Source: Tetramitus jugosus
Lineage: Eukaryota; Protista; Heterolobosea
DNA: 64,000 bases
Reading direction: 5' to 3'
Assembly: GCA_937625935.1 (NCBI GenBank)
Contig: OW569351.1
Coordinates: 248,001-312,000 of the forward strand
The position numbers and the translations under genes were made by a program. Position 1 is the first letter of the stretch. Each line of letters opens with the position of its first letter. Below the pieces are notes generated by a model. It saw only the letters and a program-made list of their open reading frames with translations. It was not told where the DNA came from and searched no databases. Positions 1 through 10,652 of this stretch are shown here, piece after piece.

Positions 1-87
1 GCTCAATATAAAAGAATGGATTACACTCAAATGTTACAACAGAATGGGCTGTTTTTATTCCATGCATGTATCGCTCAAGAGATCCAG

Positions 88-2631
88 TTAGCAAGTACCA
101 ATCGACTTCAGGGTACTATTCGAGCAGCAGTAAGCACTAGGATTGTAGCATGCTCCTCCACACTTCTGAGTTCCAGTTGGACACAACATCTTGTCATAAC
201 AAGTGAAGGCAGAAGGATTGTAGCACGCTCCGTTGCAGCAGCTCAGTCCACTTGAACATTGAGTAGTCTGACATGCTGTGTCAGTGGATGTCGATGGAGT
301 AGGACTTGGACTGGGAGATGGAGAAGAACAAGCTCCCTTGGCAGCAACGGTGCTTCCAGAGCAACACTCGTATGAATCCGTATTGTAGCAAACATTTCCA
401 CAAGCAGCTGTTCCACTACCACAGGATGGGCAAGTCGAGGAAGATGGGGAAGGTGATGGTGATGGAGATGGAGTTGGGGAAGGAGAAGGTGATGGTGTAG
501 GAGATGGAGAAGGGCTTGGTGTGATGGAAACTCCATCAATATCTGCAAATGGACTTGCTCTCTTTGATTGTCCATTGGATCTTGTGTACAACCAATATAA
601 GGTGTTAGTCTTTGTGTTACCATCATCATAACCAGTCAGAGAGAGAATTTTGGATGTTGCACCAGAGACATCAAAGTTAGCTTGAGCACACAATAAGATG
701 CCTAACCATGCGTCAGTAGCAGTGCTATAGGCAGACTTGAACACTTGATAACTTTCTGTGACCCAACTTGGAGCAAGTAGATCTTCAGCAATTGGAGTTA
801 TAGGAAGCATTTGAATACCATGGATATACTCAACATTGGCACCGAAGAATGTTGCATAATCAACCTTTGTTTCCCAAGCAATACCAACGACCTTGTTGCT
901 AGTAAAAGGTGCATCGTAAATAGTATCAGCAGACTTAATTTGCCAGTACTTTTGAGCAGAACGGATCTCAGTCTGAAGTAAGATTCGACCCATATCCATC
1001 AAGTTCTGATCTTGATAAACTAAACCAAGCAAGTACATTCCATAGTAGGCATTGACTGCCTCAGAAGTGGACTCTTGATTTCTTGAATCAGCAAAAGCGA
1101 AGAGACCAGCAGCAAATGAGTGACCAACAAACCAGTCCTTGTGTCTCAACTTTGTAAAAGCTGGATCAGAAGAGTTTGGATTAGCGTAATCTCTCACAAG
1201 TTCATATATCTTCTCCTTATTCTGTGTACCCCATGTTTGATCCTTCTTGATAATACAAGCAGCAGCATAAACAAAGTACCCATAATGGAAATGGTGATCG
1301 TTGTAATAGTATTGACCGTAGTCAGCAGTTGAAGAGCCAACGGAGTTCTTGCTGACAACACCGCCATAAGTCTTTTCATAAACAAATTTGTTGTCAGAGG
1401 AAGTGTAGCCAGTTCCTCCCAACCACTTGTTAAAGTATGTCTTCATGTTCGTTCTGACAGTGGATGCAATGGATGTCTGTCCCAATTCATCTGCAATCAC
1501 AGCCAATCTACCAAGTCTGGCAACGGCTTTTCCTCCAAAGTATGGATCTGTGGGCGTTGGGTAAGAGTTCTGATCGCCTTGCAACGCAGAGATCAATGAT
1601 GTCTTTGCTGCGGTATTCACAATCTCATATCGACCATAGAAGCCAACATCAGTGATTAATGATTCGATCATTGTCCATGTGTCACCAATGACAGCATCTG
1701 TGTAACCCTTGATGCCTCTGTATCTGATCTGAGGAGACGCATAGTTGGCATTCTGGATAATATCTCTGTGATGAGGCAATGAAAACATCAACAAAGAACC
1801 AGTTCCCTTCTTTTGCCAATTGAACTTGATGGTGGCCTTATCGTTCGCGACAGTGTAAGTCACTGTACCTCCTGTTGGATAGGCGGTGCTGTAAGTGTCA
1901 TACAACGATTCCTGGGTTGTTGGGTCAAGGACCATAACTGCTCTCAACCATCCATTGAATGCACCAGTGGCAGTCAGAGTGCTACCTGATTGCGTGAAGG
2001 TGATTGAAGTGGAGGCATAAATGATCCAAGTCTGTCCATTGTTCATCGTAAGCTTCATCTTGGTTCCAGACAAGGAACTAACACTCAGAATGGCGTGTAT
2101 CGTGGAAATCTTTGGTGTGAGACCACTGTAGACTACAGTGTGATAGGTTTGACCTCTCACAATTGGACTGCTCATGTAATTGCTACCGGAGCTCAATTGA
2201 ACTGTAACAGATAGATCGTCGTGACTGGTAACTACACGCTGACCTAAAGATTGAGTGGCACCCATGCTCAAATTATCAATCATCGTATTGAAGATGTATG
2301 TTTGAGCAGTAGTTCTACCAGGATAGCACAAGGTGAATTGAGTATCAACACGAACTAAGTATGGGAAAGTAACAATTGGATTATTACCATCCAATACCAG
2401 ATTTTGCCACCAGGAATTGGTTGGATAGGGAGTCTTGTAATTAGGACCCCAGTTGTTAGTTGGGGCATAGGAATGAGTCGAAGCAGTGGACTCAAATGTG
2501 GATGACGCGGTGCCGAACGCATCACCGAGTGCTGCATGGCATGCATCAGACAACAGTAGCATTAGTTGTGCTACAGCGAGGAATGTAATCAATAACTTGA
2601 TTACTCTTTGACCAATTCTATTGGTGTTCAT
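88..2631 (-). CDS. Secreted GH81 endo-1,3-beta-glucanase with Pro/Ser/Thr linker and C-terminal Cys-rich carbohydrate-binding (CBM52-like) repeats
   Basis: Signal-peptide-like N-terminus. GH81 motifs YPTNSWWQN, YYNDHHFHYGYF, RNQESTSEAVN and EYIHGIQMLPITP. (PS/PT)n linker, then CGxxCYNxxxYxCC repeats. First ATG at 2631; the ORF track begins at a TTG. Confidence 0.92.
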   Translation of the reverse strand: MNTNRIGQRVIKLLITFLAVAQLMLLLSDACHAALGDAFGTASSTFESTASTHSYAPTNNWGPNYKTPYPTNSWWQNLVLDGNNPIVTFPYLVRVDTQFTLCYPGRTTAQTYIFNTMIDNLSMGATQSLGQRVVTSHDDLSVTVQLSSGSNYMSSPIVRGQTYHTVVYSGLTPKISTIHAILSVSSLSGTKMKLTMNNGQTWIIYASTSITFTQSGSTLTATGAFNGWLRAVMVLDPTTQESLYDTYSTAYPTGGTVTYTVANDKATIKFNWQKKGTGSLLMFSLPHHRDIIQNANYASPQIRYRGIKGYTDAVIGDTWTMIESLITDVGFYGRYEIVNTAAKTSLISALQGDQNSYPTPTDPYFGGKAVARLGRLAVIADELGQTSIASTVRTNMKTYFNKWLGGTGYTSSDNKFVYEKTYGGVVSKNSVGSSTADYGQYYYNDHHFHYGYFVYAAACIIKKDQTWGTQNKEKIYELVRDYANPNSSDPAFTKLRHKDWFVGHSFAAGLFAFADSRNQESTSEAVNAYYGMYLLGLVYQDQNLMDMGRILLQTEIRSAQKYWQIKSADTIYDAPFTSNKVVGIAWETKVDYATFFGANVEYIHGIQMLPITPIAEDLLAPSWVTESYQVFKSAYSTATDAWLGILLCAQANFDVSGATSKILSLTGYDDGNTKTNTLYWLYTRSNGQSKRASPFADIDGVSITPSPSPSPTPSPSPSPTPSPSPSPSPSSSTCPSCGSGTAACGNVCYNTDSYECCSGSTVAAKGACSSPSPSPSPTPSTSTDTACQTTQCSSGLSCCNGACYNPSAFTCYDKMLCPTGTQKCGGACYNPSAYCCSNSTLKSIGTC

Positions 2632-3487
2632 GGTTGCAGATAGTTCTCCAAACAAATAGATAATATGTACAAGTGATTGCTTGTTCTTAAGTTACAGGGT
2701 AAAGTTGCAGGTTACAAATGGAATAGGCCAATAGTTCTCAATAATTGTCGTATTGATTAAAGCTAGTACAGAGTAGTAATGGTTGTGTTGTTGAAAGAAT
2801 AAACACCACTGGATCATTATCTCACTTCTTAAATACTTGTTGGATCCGGATTCCTAACAAGCGAGTCCGATTTCGAAACAGATTTCTTGAAACCTTCAAA
2901 AGTAAGTATTTGACGTAGATTCTTCCTTTGTATTCCCTAACATTGAGCCCTCCGATAAGAAGTGTCTGTTCTCTCACTGACAGAAGTTTCCTGTCATCGG
3001 AATAATCTGCTTACAGCGGGGTTTTAGTGTCTACGATTATTGTTCACTCGCCATCATGTGATTTTGCTCATACCACACAATGTAGTAGATATGGACAGTT
3101 TGGTCATTTAATTCATTAATTGATTCTGGTCTTCACAATTTCTCATGAATTGCATTCTCCTGAGAGTTATCGCGCTGAGTGTGACGTCATCACCCAACAA
3201 AAAAAACACTTGTCTTTTGCTTGTGCAGTTGTGGAGCAGGTTCTCCGGAGAATTCATCAAACACACTGATTTGCAATCTGATCCATATTTTAGGATAAAT
3301 GCAGAGCTCTTGGTGATGCCCATTCGATTTTTGCGACTCTCATGGCTAAACTCCCATCACACAAACACTCGACAAAAATAAAACAACAAAACAGTCAATC
3401 AATCAAATCAAACAAACAACCACAACAACCTTATCAATCCATACAACATACAACGTACATACATATATAAATACATACAAAAATAAA

Positions 3488-5617
3488 ATGATCTACATCG
3501 TGTATGCATCTGCGACTGGAAATGCAGAAGTGATCGCAAAGAGACTCTACCAAGAAGCCATCTCCCCAGACAAGAATTATCAAGCTCAATTGAGCACACT
3601 GAACGATCTCAAGAAACAATTGGCTGTGAATGAAAATTGGGAACGTTTCAATTCCTGTCAGAACATCATCATTTGTGTGTGCAGCACAACAGGCAATGGT
3701 GATGTACCTGAGAATGGTGATTTGTTTTATCGTTTTATGAAGCGATGCAAGAATTTGGATTTGTTGCGCAGTGTGCGGTATGGTGTACTGGGATTGGGTG
3801 ATACCAATTATGACAAGTTCAACATGGCAGCCAAAGTGATTGATAAGAGAATGAATGAGTTGGGAGCTGTTCAATTCTGTGAGAGAGGTGATGCAGATGA
3901 TGCAACAGGGTTGGAACAAGTGGTGGAGCCATGGATTGTTGAAATGTGGAATCAATTGGACTTGCTATTGTCTACTACTGCTACTGCTACTACTGCTACT
4001 GCGACTGGGACTGCTACTGGGACTGCTAGTGATGCAGCTAGTAGTAGTAGTGATGCAGCTAGTAGTAGTAGTGATGAGTCGATGAAGAGTGTCAGTGGAA
4101 ATGGTAGTACGATTGTAGTGCCCAGTGATGCTACAATTACTACAGAAGCAACAACAGTTCACGTGTCTCCTAAAAAAGTGGAAAATGCGCCAATGATTGA
4201 AACTCAAAGTTTGTCTGCTGTGACGGATGCGACTTGCCCTTCATGTTTTATTTCGTGCACTGAGATTGACAGTGCAATGGAAGCAGCATTGTCGGACAAT
4301 AATGGCAGCAATACTACACAATCGACTGCCATGCTCAATCACAGTGAAAAATCATTGCACTTTGCCAATATTGTAGGCGCAAAGTATTTGACTAGCACTG
4401 CTGCGGACAAACAAGTGCTTCACATGGAGTTTGATATTGCAAACAGTGGTATTCAATATTCACCAGGAGATGCCATTGGAATATATTGTCAAAATGATGA
4501 AACTGAAGTGTTGGAGCTGTTGAATCGATTGAATGTGAGTCCATTGTTGCAAGTGAGACTGGGATGTAGTGATGAACGATATGTGTCATGTTATCCCTCT
4601 CATCTCTCTTCTCTCATGGGAGTGACAATCAATGTGCGTGACCTATTTTTGAATCGTGTGGATATTACGGCTCCTGCTTCACCTAGTTTGTTGCGCGTAT
4701 TGGCTCAATATTGCTCCGATATGAGAGATAAGTCTCAGCTCATGATGCTAAGTGCTCCCATCTCGCTTCAAGGCGCATACAGAGTCCAAATTCAACAACA
4801 GAGGGCGTCCCTATTGGATGTACTGCAATGGTATCCTTCTTGCAAACCTAATCTAGCTCACTTGTTGCAGGTGTTGCCCATGTTGCAGCACAGATACTAC
4901 TCTATTGCATCTTCTCAACTCAAGTACGCTGATCAAATCCATATTGCCCTGACAATTGTAGAATATGTGAGTCCACCCCCTCACCGAATTCAACGCTCTG
5001 GTGTCTGCACTCGGTGGCTCAAACTCATGGCAGCCAAGTTTTTGAGAGGCGAGAACGTTTCTGTTCCATTCTTCTTGAAATCAACACCAGAGTTCCGTCT
5101 TCCACGAGAGTTGCACACTCCGATCATTATGATTGGACCAGGAACTGGTGTCGCACCATTTAGAGGCTTCTTGCAACATAGAGAAGCTATGATGGTGAAT
5201 GAAAAACAAATGAAAAAGCAGGACAAGAACACAAACTGGTTGTTCTTTGGTTGTAGAAAGAGGGACAGAGACTTCCTGTACAAAACCGAGCTTCGCAATT
5301 TTGAGAAATATTCCCCACTTCAATTGAACCTCTTTGTTGCCACTAGTCAAGAATCAAACTCCTCTCGCGGTTTGTGGTACGGTGGTTCCTATGTTCAAGA
5401 TTTTCTCAGGGAATGTGGCGCTGTTTTGGTTGACGTTTTGCAAAATCGAGGTGGTTATCTGTATATATGTGGAGATGCGGCAGGTATGGCACAAGAAGTG
5501 CACAGAGTAATGAGATCTCTGGTAGAGGAAGAAGGCAATCAAACTAGAGAGGAAGCAGAACAGTTTTTACTCACTTTAGAAAAGGAGGGACGGTATCAGA
5601 AGGATGTGTGGTCATAG
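3488..5617 (+). CDS. MTRR: Methionine synthase reductase-like diflavin (FMN/FAD/NADPH) oxidoreductase
   Basis: Flavodoxin motifs YASATGNAE, STTGNGDVPEN and LGLGDTNY. FAD motif RYYSIASS, NADPH motifs MIGPGTGVAPF and YICGDA, C-terminal DVWS. No N-terminal membrane anchor and a long hinge, which favours MTRR over CPR. Confidence 0.8.
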   Translation: MIYIVYASATGNAEVIAKRLYQEAISPDKNYQAQLSTLNDLKKQLAVNENWERFNSCQNIIICVCSTTGNGDVPENGDLFYRFMKRCKNLDLLRSVRYGVLGLGDTNYDKFNMAAKVIDKRMNELGAVQFCERGDADDATGLEQVVEPWIVEMWNQLDLLLSTTATATTATATGTATGTASDAASSSSDAASSSSDESMKSVSGNGSTIVVPSDATITTEATTVHVSPKKVENAPMIETQSLSAVTDATCPSCFISCTEIDSAMEAALSDNNGSNTTQSTAMLNHSEKSLHFANIVGAKYLTSTAADKQVLHMEFDIANSGIQYSPGDAIGIYCQNDETEVLELLNRLNVSPLLQVRLGCSDERYVSCYPSHLSSLMGVTINVRDLFLNRVDITAPASPSLLRVLAQYCSDMRDKSQLMMLSAPISLQGAYRVQIQQQRASLLDVLQWYPSCKPNLAHLLQVLPMLQHRYYSIASSQLKYADQIHIALTIVEYVSPPPHRIQRSGVCTRWLKLMAAKFLRGENVSVPFFLKSTPEFRLPRELHTPIIMIGPGTGVAPFRGFLQHREAMMVNEKQMKKQDKNTNWLFFGCRKRDRDFLYKTELRNFEKYSPLQLNLFVATSQESNSSRGLWYGGSYVQDFLRECGAVLVDVLQNRGGYLYICGDAAGMAQEVHRVMRSLVEEEGNQTREEAEQFLLTLEKEGRYQKDVWS
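3973..4075 (+). repeat. Coding microsatellite/minisatellite in the MTRR hinge
   Basis: ACT/GCT runs followed by two copies of the 21-nt unit GATGCAGCTAGTAGTAGTAGT, encoding DAASSSS twice. Confidence 0.85.
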
Positions 5618-8200
5618 ACGCACAAGTTTATTGTTCTTAAGTAATAAATCGATTAGTTGTCTGTCGACAGCAAAATTGACTGTTTTGTCTTGTTGTATCG
5701 TCGCAACTATATCTCTCAGGCGATAAGCTTGCATTTCTGGATAAATAAAGTGACTTGCCCGGACGAACAGGGTTTCTGCGAATGCGATCAACTTTGACAT
5801 GGACGAGCCATGGTCTGTCTCTTGTACCAACTCCACGATTGTCTTTGCCAATACTTCGAACAAAATTCTGTCAACTAAGTTCTCTCCTGACAATACTTCG
5901 GTTCCAAGTTCAATCAGTCCGACAATATCCCTATTCAGCTTATACAGAGGTATAATCGTTGTATAAGCTATTTTGTCCAGAGTGTACTTCTTTCGCATTG
6001 TTTGCGAGACTTCGAGCGCTTTCTGACCTTGATTTGAGGAATAAAGGAAGCCTACAATAGATGTTAAAGTATCTAAGCTTGGTGGGTTTGGAGAGAGAAG
6101 GGATTGTTTGATAAGATTCATCACTACGTTTGTGATCGCTGGAGGAACGGTATGTTCCTTCGTGGTACGCTTAAGCAACTGTACGATCGAGTTGATTGTG
6201 TAGTCGTCTGGTTGAATGTTGTCTTCTATCATCATATCGAGTAATGTATCATAGGCGTCGTGCTCGATTGTGTCTTCATTCAAAATGGACCGAATGAACA
6301 CATTGTAGAGATCAACAGATGCTTGTCCCTCAGATCGCAAGAATTGCAAATATTGCATCCTTTGATCCCTATCATGGTATTGTAATAGAAGGAACGTTCG
6401 TACTATTGCAGCAAGCATCTTTTCATCTGTTTCAACTTTCTGAGATTCGATTATGCCTAAAAGTGTTTTTGTTTCATTCAGATCTCCTAATGCGGACAAG
6501 ATGCTCAGCAATGTAGTATAGAGTTGCTTGTGCGGTTTGATAGGAAACTTACTCAGCACTGACAGATAATAGCGTACAAGTTCTCTGTCGTACGTGTTTT
6601 GCTTTTTCGATTTAATCTTACACGATGCGAGGGCAATATTAATGGTATCAGGCCCAATCAACTCGAGAGCCTTTGGATCATTACATATTTGTTCAACAAT
6701 TCTCTTGACTTGCAGTGGTTCATTCACTCTGGCATACGCCAGCAACACATTATTGTATGACATGCGAGTGAATGGAATACAGTTCCTGGCCTTCTCTACG
6801 CAAGCGTCAACATAGTATCTATCCTTTGCTCGCGTCGCTACACAGTGCAGATACATTGGTATCACATAACTAAATATTTGAGCGTGATTCCTTCTCTTCA
6901 AATTCATTATATCGTCGAACAGTGCATCAACTACACTCTCGTCCCTTCCAGCAAACGCCGTCACCAAACTCTTGTACGTCTTGAACTCTCTATTGTTGAA
7001 ATCATAAAACTGTTCCATGAATTGACACTGGGCACACGTGGATGAGTCATGTGGTGGATGACGACCCAAAATCGAGTTCATGTGAGGTCTCATCTCATTC
7101 ATGTACAAGTCTCGTGCCCTGGACAAGGAAGCAGATGATGAAGCAGTAGAGAGCTCTGTATTGACAATGATAAATTCCACATAGGGCACCATGATTCCAC
7201 TATAATGTGGCTTCAATCTCTCAATCATAATCTCACGATACGCATCATACACTTGCACTGCTCTCACATCATCATTCGACAACAACAGGTGCAAGCACAG
7301 TTTTGTTCGAATGGCAATTGCCTTGAACACTTTTAAATCACTCGTGTTTGGTGGCGGCAGTCGCATCCTCTGTACCGTATTCTCACCACCACTATCATTC
7401 GCACTCTTCTCCAAACCAAAGTTATCATTCAACAACAGCAACTCTGGTGAGATAAAGGAACAGAATGACATGAGTTTCATTTGAATGTCAAACAATTGAT
7501 TCACACTCCACATTTGTCTCTGTGATTGCAGTGTCATGAACAATGTGATTTGTCCAATGAGTTTCATCAGTCGTTGAAAACATGCGTGTTTCTTGATGAT
7601 TGAATCATGCAATTGTTGTTGTTGTTGTTTGTCTTCTTCGAGTTGTTCATCATTCATTGGAGTGACTACTGTTCCTTCTCCCATGAGTTCCATGTGTAAT
7701 CGCTTGTACGATGGCATCAATACACTGTCAATCAACTCTGAATATTGATCAAAATTCAATCGAGAAATTCCTGCGTGCATATTGTCTAGAATGACATCAA
7801 ATTTTTTGAGAATCTCTACTGTTGGTAGTGGTAGTGATGGTAGTGATGGTGGTAGTGATGATGGCGATGATAATTTGGATGCAGTGGAGAGTTGTTGATA
7901 TCGTCGACGATGATCTTGCAATCGTTGTTGTTGTTGATTCACATGATTCTTATTTCTGCCATGATGATGATTATGAATAGTGTTCAGAGTGTTGTTACTG
8001 TTCTTATTATTGTTATTATTGGTATTACTATTGTTGTTGTTGTTGTGATTATTATAAATGGAGTGTGTGGTGGTGGTGAAGAAGAGTGTTGTTGTGCATG
8101 GATGATGGTGGTGGTGATGATGTTGTTTGAGGTGCTTGATGGGTGATGATGATGATGGCGATGACTTGTGCAATAGCGAGGACAGAGTGTTGCTTCTCAT
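5612..8200 (-). CDS. Pentatricopeptide-repeat (PPR)-like protein, probably mitochondrial
   Basis: Degenerate ~35-aa helical repeats (SYNNVLLAYAR, LYTTLLSILS, LYNVFIRSIL, IQPDDYTINSIV, AYTTIIPLY). Ser/basic-rich N-terminus followed by H/N/Q tracts. Confidence 0.75.
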   Translation of the reverse strand: MRSNTLSSLLHKSSPSSSSPIKHLKQHHHHHHHPCTTTLFFTTTTHSIYNNHNNNNNSNTNNNNNKNSNNTLNTIHNHHHGRNKNHVNQQQQRLQDHRRRYQQLSTASKLSSPSSLPPSLPSLPLPTVEILKKFDVILDNMHAGISRLNFDQYSELIDSVLMPSYKRLHMELMGEGTVVTPMNDEQLEEDKQQQQQLHDSIIKKHACFQRLMKLIGQITLFMTLQSQRQMWSVNQLFDIQMKLMSFCSFISPELLLLNDNFGLEKSANDSGGENTVQRMRLPPPNTSDLKVFKAIAIRTKLCLHLLLSNDDVRAVQVYDAYREIMIERLKPHYSGIMVPYVEFIIVNTELSTASSSASLSRARDLYMNEMRPHMNSILGRHPPHDSSTCAQCQFMEQFYDFNNREFKTYKSLVTAFAGRDESVVDALFDDIMNLKRRNHAQIFSYVIPMYLHCVATRAKDRYYVDACVEKARNCIPFTRMSYNNVLLAYARVNEPLQVKRIVEQICNDPKALELIGPDTINIALASCKIKSKKQNTYDRELVRYYLSVLSKFPIKPHKQLYTTLLSILSALGDLNETKTLLGIIESQKVETDEKMLAAIVRTFLLLQYHDRDQRMQYLQFLRSEGQASVDLYNVFIRSILNEDTIEHDAYDTLLDMMIEDNIQPDDYTINSIVQLLKRTTKEHTVPPAITNVVMNLIKQSLLSPNPPSLDTLTSIVGFLYSSNQGQKALEVSQTMRKKYTLDKIAYTTIIPLYKLNRDIVGLIELGTEVLSGENLVDRILFEVLAKTIVELVQETDHGSSMSKLIAFAETLFVRASHFIYPEMQAYRLRDIVATIQQDKTVNFAVDRQLIDLLLKNNKLVRL

Positions 8201-8298
8201 CTTGAGGCGATAATCATTAAATAATCCTCAAGAATCAAATTGTTTGTTTGAAGAAAAAAAATGTGAAATTCGCGGAGGAAATTGGAGGCTTGCAACTT

Positions 8299-10368
8299 TT
8301 AGCACGGAGGCTTGAAGCCCATAGACTTGCCAGCCTTAAAGTCCTTGACGACTGTCATTGTACCTGTGATGAGCAACAGCACAGAAGAGAGGGCAATGCA
8401 GAAAGCCACTGTATAAATCACCAAGGATGTCTTCTTGAATTTGCTAACGATCATGTTGACAACAATTTGACCCAGAAGACCAGACACCAGACCAAACGAA
8501 ACGTACCACAAGCTATAATCAACAGGAAGTGCTCCAAGAAAGGCAAATTGAGCTACCGTGCTAGAACCCGTGAAGAAGATCATGAATGCAGATGTAGCGA
8601 CGACAACTTGAGGATTCATTCCCAGTTCCAAGAGAAGTGGCCCAGTAACCATACCGCCTCCGATACCCAAGAGACCAGCAGTAATACCAGCAGTCAGGAA
8701 CAACAAGGGCAGAAGTGCAACATTTCGCAAACTCCACCGGATATCACCATCGGCAAATTTGTACTGCAATCGTACCTTCTTCTTGTACTCGCTGTAGAGA
8801 TAGACACCAACCAAGGCAGAAAAGCAAATCATAATTGGGTACTGTATCGCACTCAGTGTCCACCAAATAGCACTACATTCCGTCACACCGATAATACTAG
8901 GGATCTTTTTACTGCCCTTCAAGATACTGATACATCCAACAATGATCCAAGCAACAGCGAGTAGGAATAAAATCAAAATTGGGTATTGAGTCCGTTCTCT
9001 TTTCGCGATTCTCTGCAACGTGAGCTCATCATCACTGGATAGCATTTCATTGGAAGTGAGTCCATTGTTAGCTACAAGGGTACCTTTAGCATCCTCGAAT
9101 TGTTCGCTCGGATCTGTTTCCACAACTTGTCCTGAGGAGTGTATCACAGGATTATCTGCATAATCTGACGCACTGGTGTTGATATGATGCAACCGAGGAG
9201 TTAAGTTTTCCTCTGATGCTTCGGTAGCAGTTATTTGTTGATCGCTAGTCTCTTGATTTGGCACTGTACTCTGGTGATGAAGATCCCACTCTTCCTTCTC
9301 CTTCTTGCTCAAGGCTCTTCCCTTTACAAACGACCGATACGAACTAACTAACAGCAATACAAATAACAAAATCACCAACAACCAATTCGGTAAAACAACA
9401 TTCAACAGTACACCCATGGTCGTTCCACATAAGATGATCGGTTGCAATATAAGACAAGCAGCATAGTCAATGAGCGGACGATCGGCCGATGGATGCTTCT
9501 TTGGCGCCAAGAGTGCCACATTTGCAATCGATGCACCAAAGATCATCACAGTCGATATGGGAACTGCAAACTGAGGAGAGTATCCAGCAACAAGAATCAA
9601 AACAGGAACATAGATTCCTCCTCCACCAATACCACTCGATGCAGCCAGTGCACCACCCACAAAGCACAAAACGGTTGCAGTCCAATCTCTCCAAGTCGGT
9701 GGAAACAAATCCTTTTGCTTGCACATTTGAACTTGAACCTTCTCTGGTGACATGACTCTCTGGACACCAAACTGTGCATTCATAGAAGCTGCAGTTGTAT
9801 TGCTCCGATCTACCACAATGATTGCACTCTGACAAGTGTTCAACGGATAGCCAGTGCACTGCTTGCTGTGTTCACAACTGATACACACACCACTCTCTTC
9901 ATCATTATTGTTCAATGTAGATCTCATAAGATTGTCCATATCCCAATCAATATTATCGATATCCAAAACAGTGACAACATTATAGTACGATAATGTCATG
10001 TTGTAATAAACATTCATGGGCACACAAATGAATTGACCATTGCCACATTGATCTGCCTTCTTTGGATTGCATGTACTATTGTAGATTGTATTGTAATGTT
10101 CATGATTTTCAAGCACACCTACAACATTCTTGTTGTTGAGTCGCCAGGCAGAAAAGAATGAGTGCTGCTTTTGTTGTTGTAGCCGACTCCAAAAAGACCG
10201 ATCGCGATGGAGAGAATGCTGATCGTTTATGGTGCCAAAAAACAACAACAAGAGCACAACCAGGGACGACATGGAGATCACAATGAAAGACAATGTCGTC
10301 TTTGATCGAGTCCATGATGATGATGATGATGATAGTAATTGTCCACTACTACGGGGTAACCATGTCAT
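8299..10368 (-). CDS. TauE/SafE (sulfite exporter-like) membrane protein with Cys-rich luminal N-terminal region
   Basis: Duplicated Gly-rich motifs SSGIGGGGIYVP and GLLGIGGGMVTGP, plus RPLIDY and multiple TM helices. Confidence 0.88.
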   Translation of the reverse strand: MTWLPRSSGQLLSSSSSSWTRSKTTLSFIVISMSSLVVLLLLFFGTINDQHSLHRDRSFWSRLQQQKQHSFFSAWRLNNKNVVGVLENHEHYNTIYNSTCNPKKADQCGNGQFICVPMNVYYNMTLSYYNVVTVLDIDNIDWDMDNLMRSTLNNNDEESGVCISCEHSKQCTGYPLNTCQSAIIVVDRSNTTAASMNAQFGVQRVMSPEKVQVQMCKQKDLFPPTWRDWTATVLCFVGGALAASSGIGGGGIYVPVLILVAGYSPQFAVPISTVMIFGASIANVALLAPKKHPSADRPLIDYAACLILQPIILCGTTMGVLLNVVLPNWLLVILLFVLLLVSSYRSFVKGRALSKKEKEEWDLHHQSTVPNQETSDQQITATEASEENLTPRLHHINTSASDYADNPVIHSSGQVVETDPSEQFEDAKGTLVANNGLTSNEMLSSDDELTLQRIAKRERTQYPILILFLLAVAWIIVGCISILKGSKKIPSIIGVTECSAIWWTLSAIQYPIMICFSALVGVYLYSEYKKKVRLQYKFADGDIRWSLRNVALLPLLFLTAGITAGLLGIGGGMVTGPLLLELGMNPQVVVATSAFMIFFTGSSTVAQFAFLGALPVDYSLWYVSFGLVSGLLGQIVVNMIVSKFKKTSLVIYTVAFCIALSSVLLLITGTMTVVKDFKAGKSMGFKPPC

Positions 10369-10652
10369 GTTGCGTTTTTCAGAATAGTAATAAGAATAAT
10401 GTCGATATTCTGTTCGTCTTGTTTGTTGTGGTTGGTTTGGTTATGTTTTTATAATTGTTCTCCCTCAACTCTGGAGAGTGGTGTTTTTTGTGTGAAAAAG
10501 GCAGTGGACGAACCAGAGCTCTTCGAATGCCGAGGATAGCTGCGAACACGACCCGAATAGGAAATAGATCGAGTAAACTGTAAAATGGATGTGTCCGAAT
10601 GTCATGCGATGTTGTGCGTGCCGGTTTTTGGAAGGGTCCATATGGGCGAGTT

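Noticed and set aside
2700-3480. Cobalamin riboswitch or ncRNA upstream of MTRR (hairpin near 2951-3001; TGACGTCA at 3182-89; palindrome TTCTCCGGAGAA at 3241-52)
   Set aside because: No B12-box or other riboswitch consensus seen. Isolated short palindromes are expected by chance.
5612-8200. DYW-type RNA-editing PPR protein
   Set aside because: No HxE..CxxC deaminase motif or DYW end; the protein terminates in KLVRL.
8248-8964. 238-aa + strand ORF
   Set aside because: Antisense shadow of the TauE TM region, non-ATG start, no motifs.
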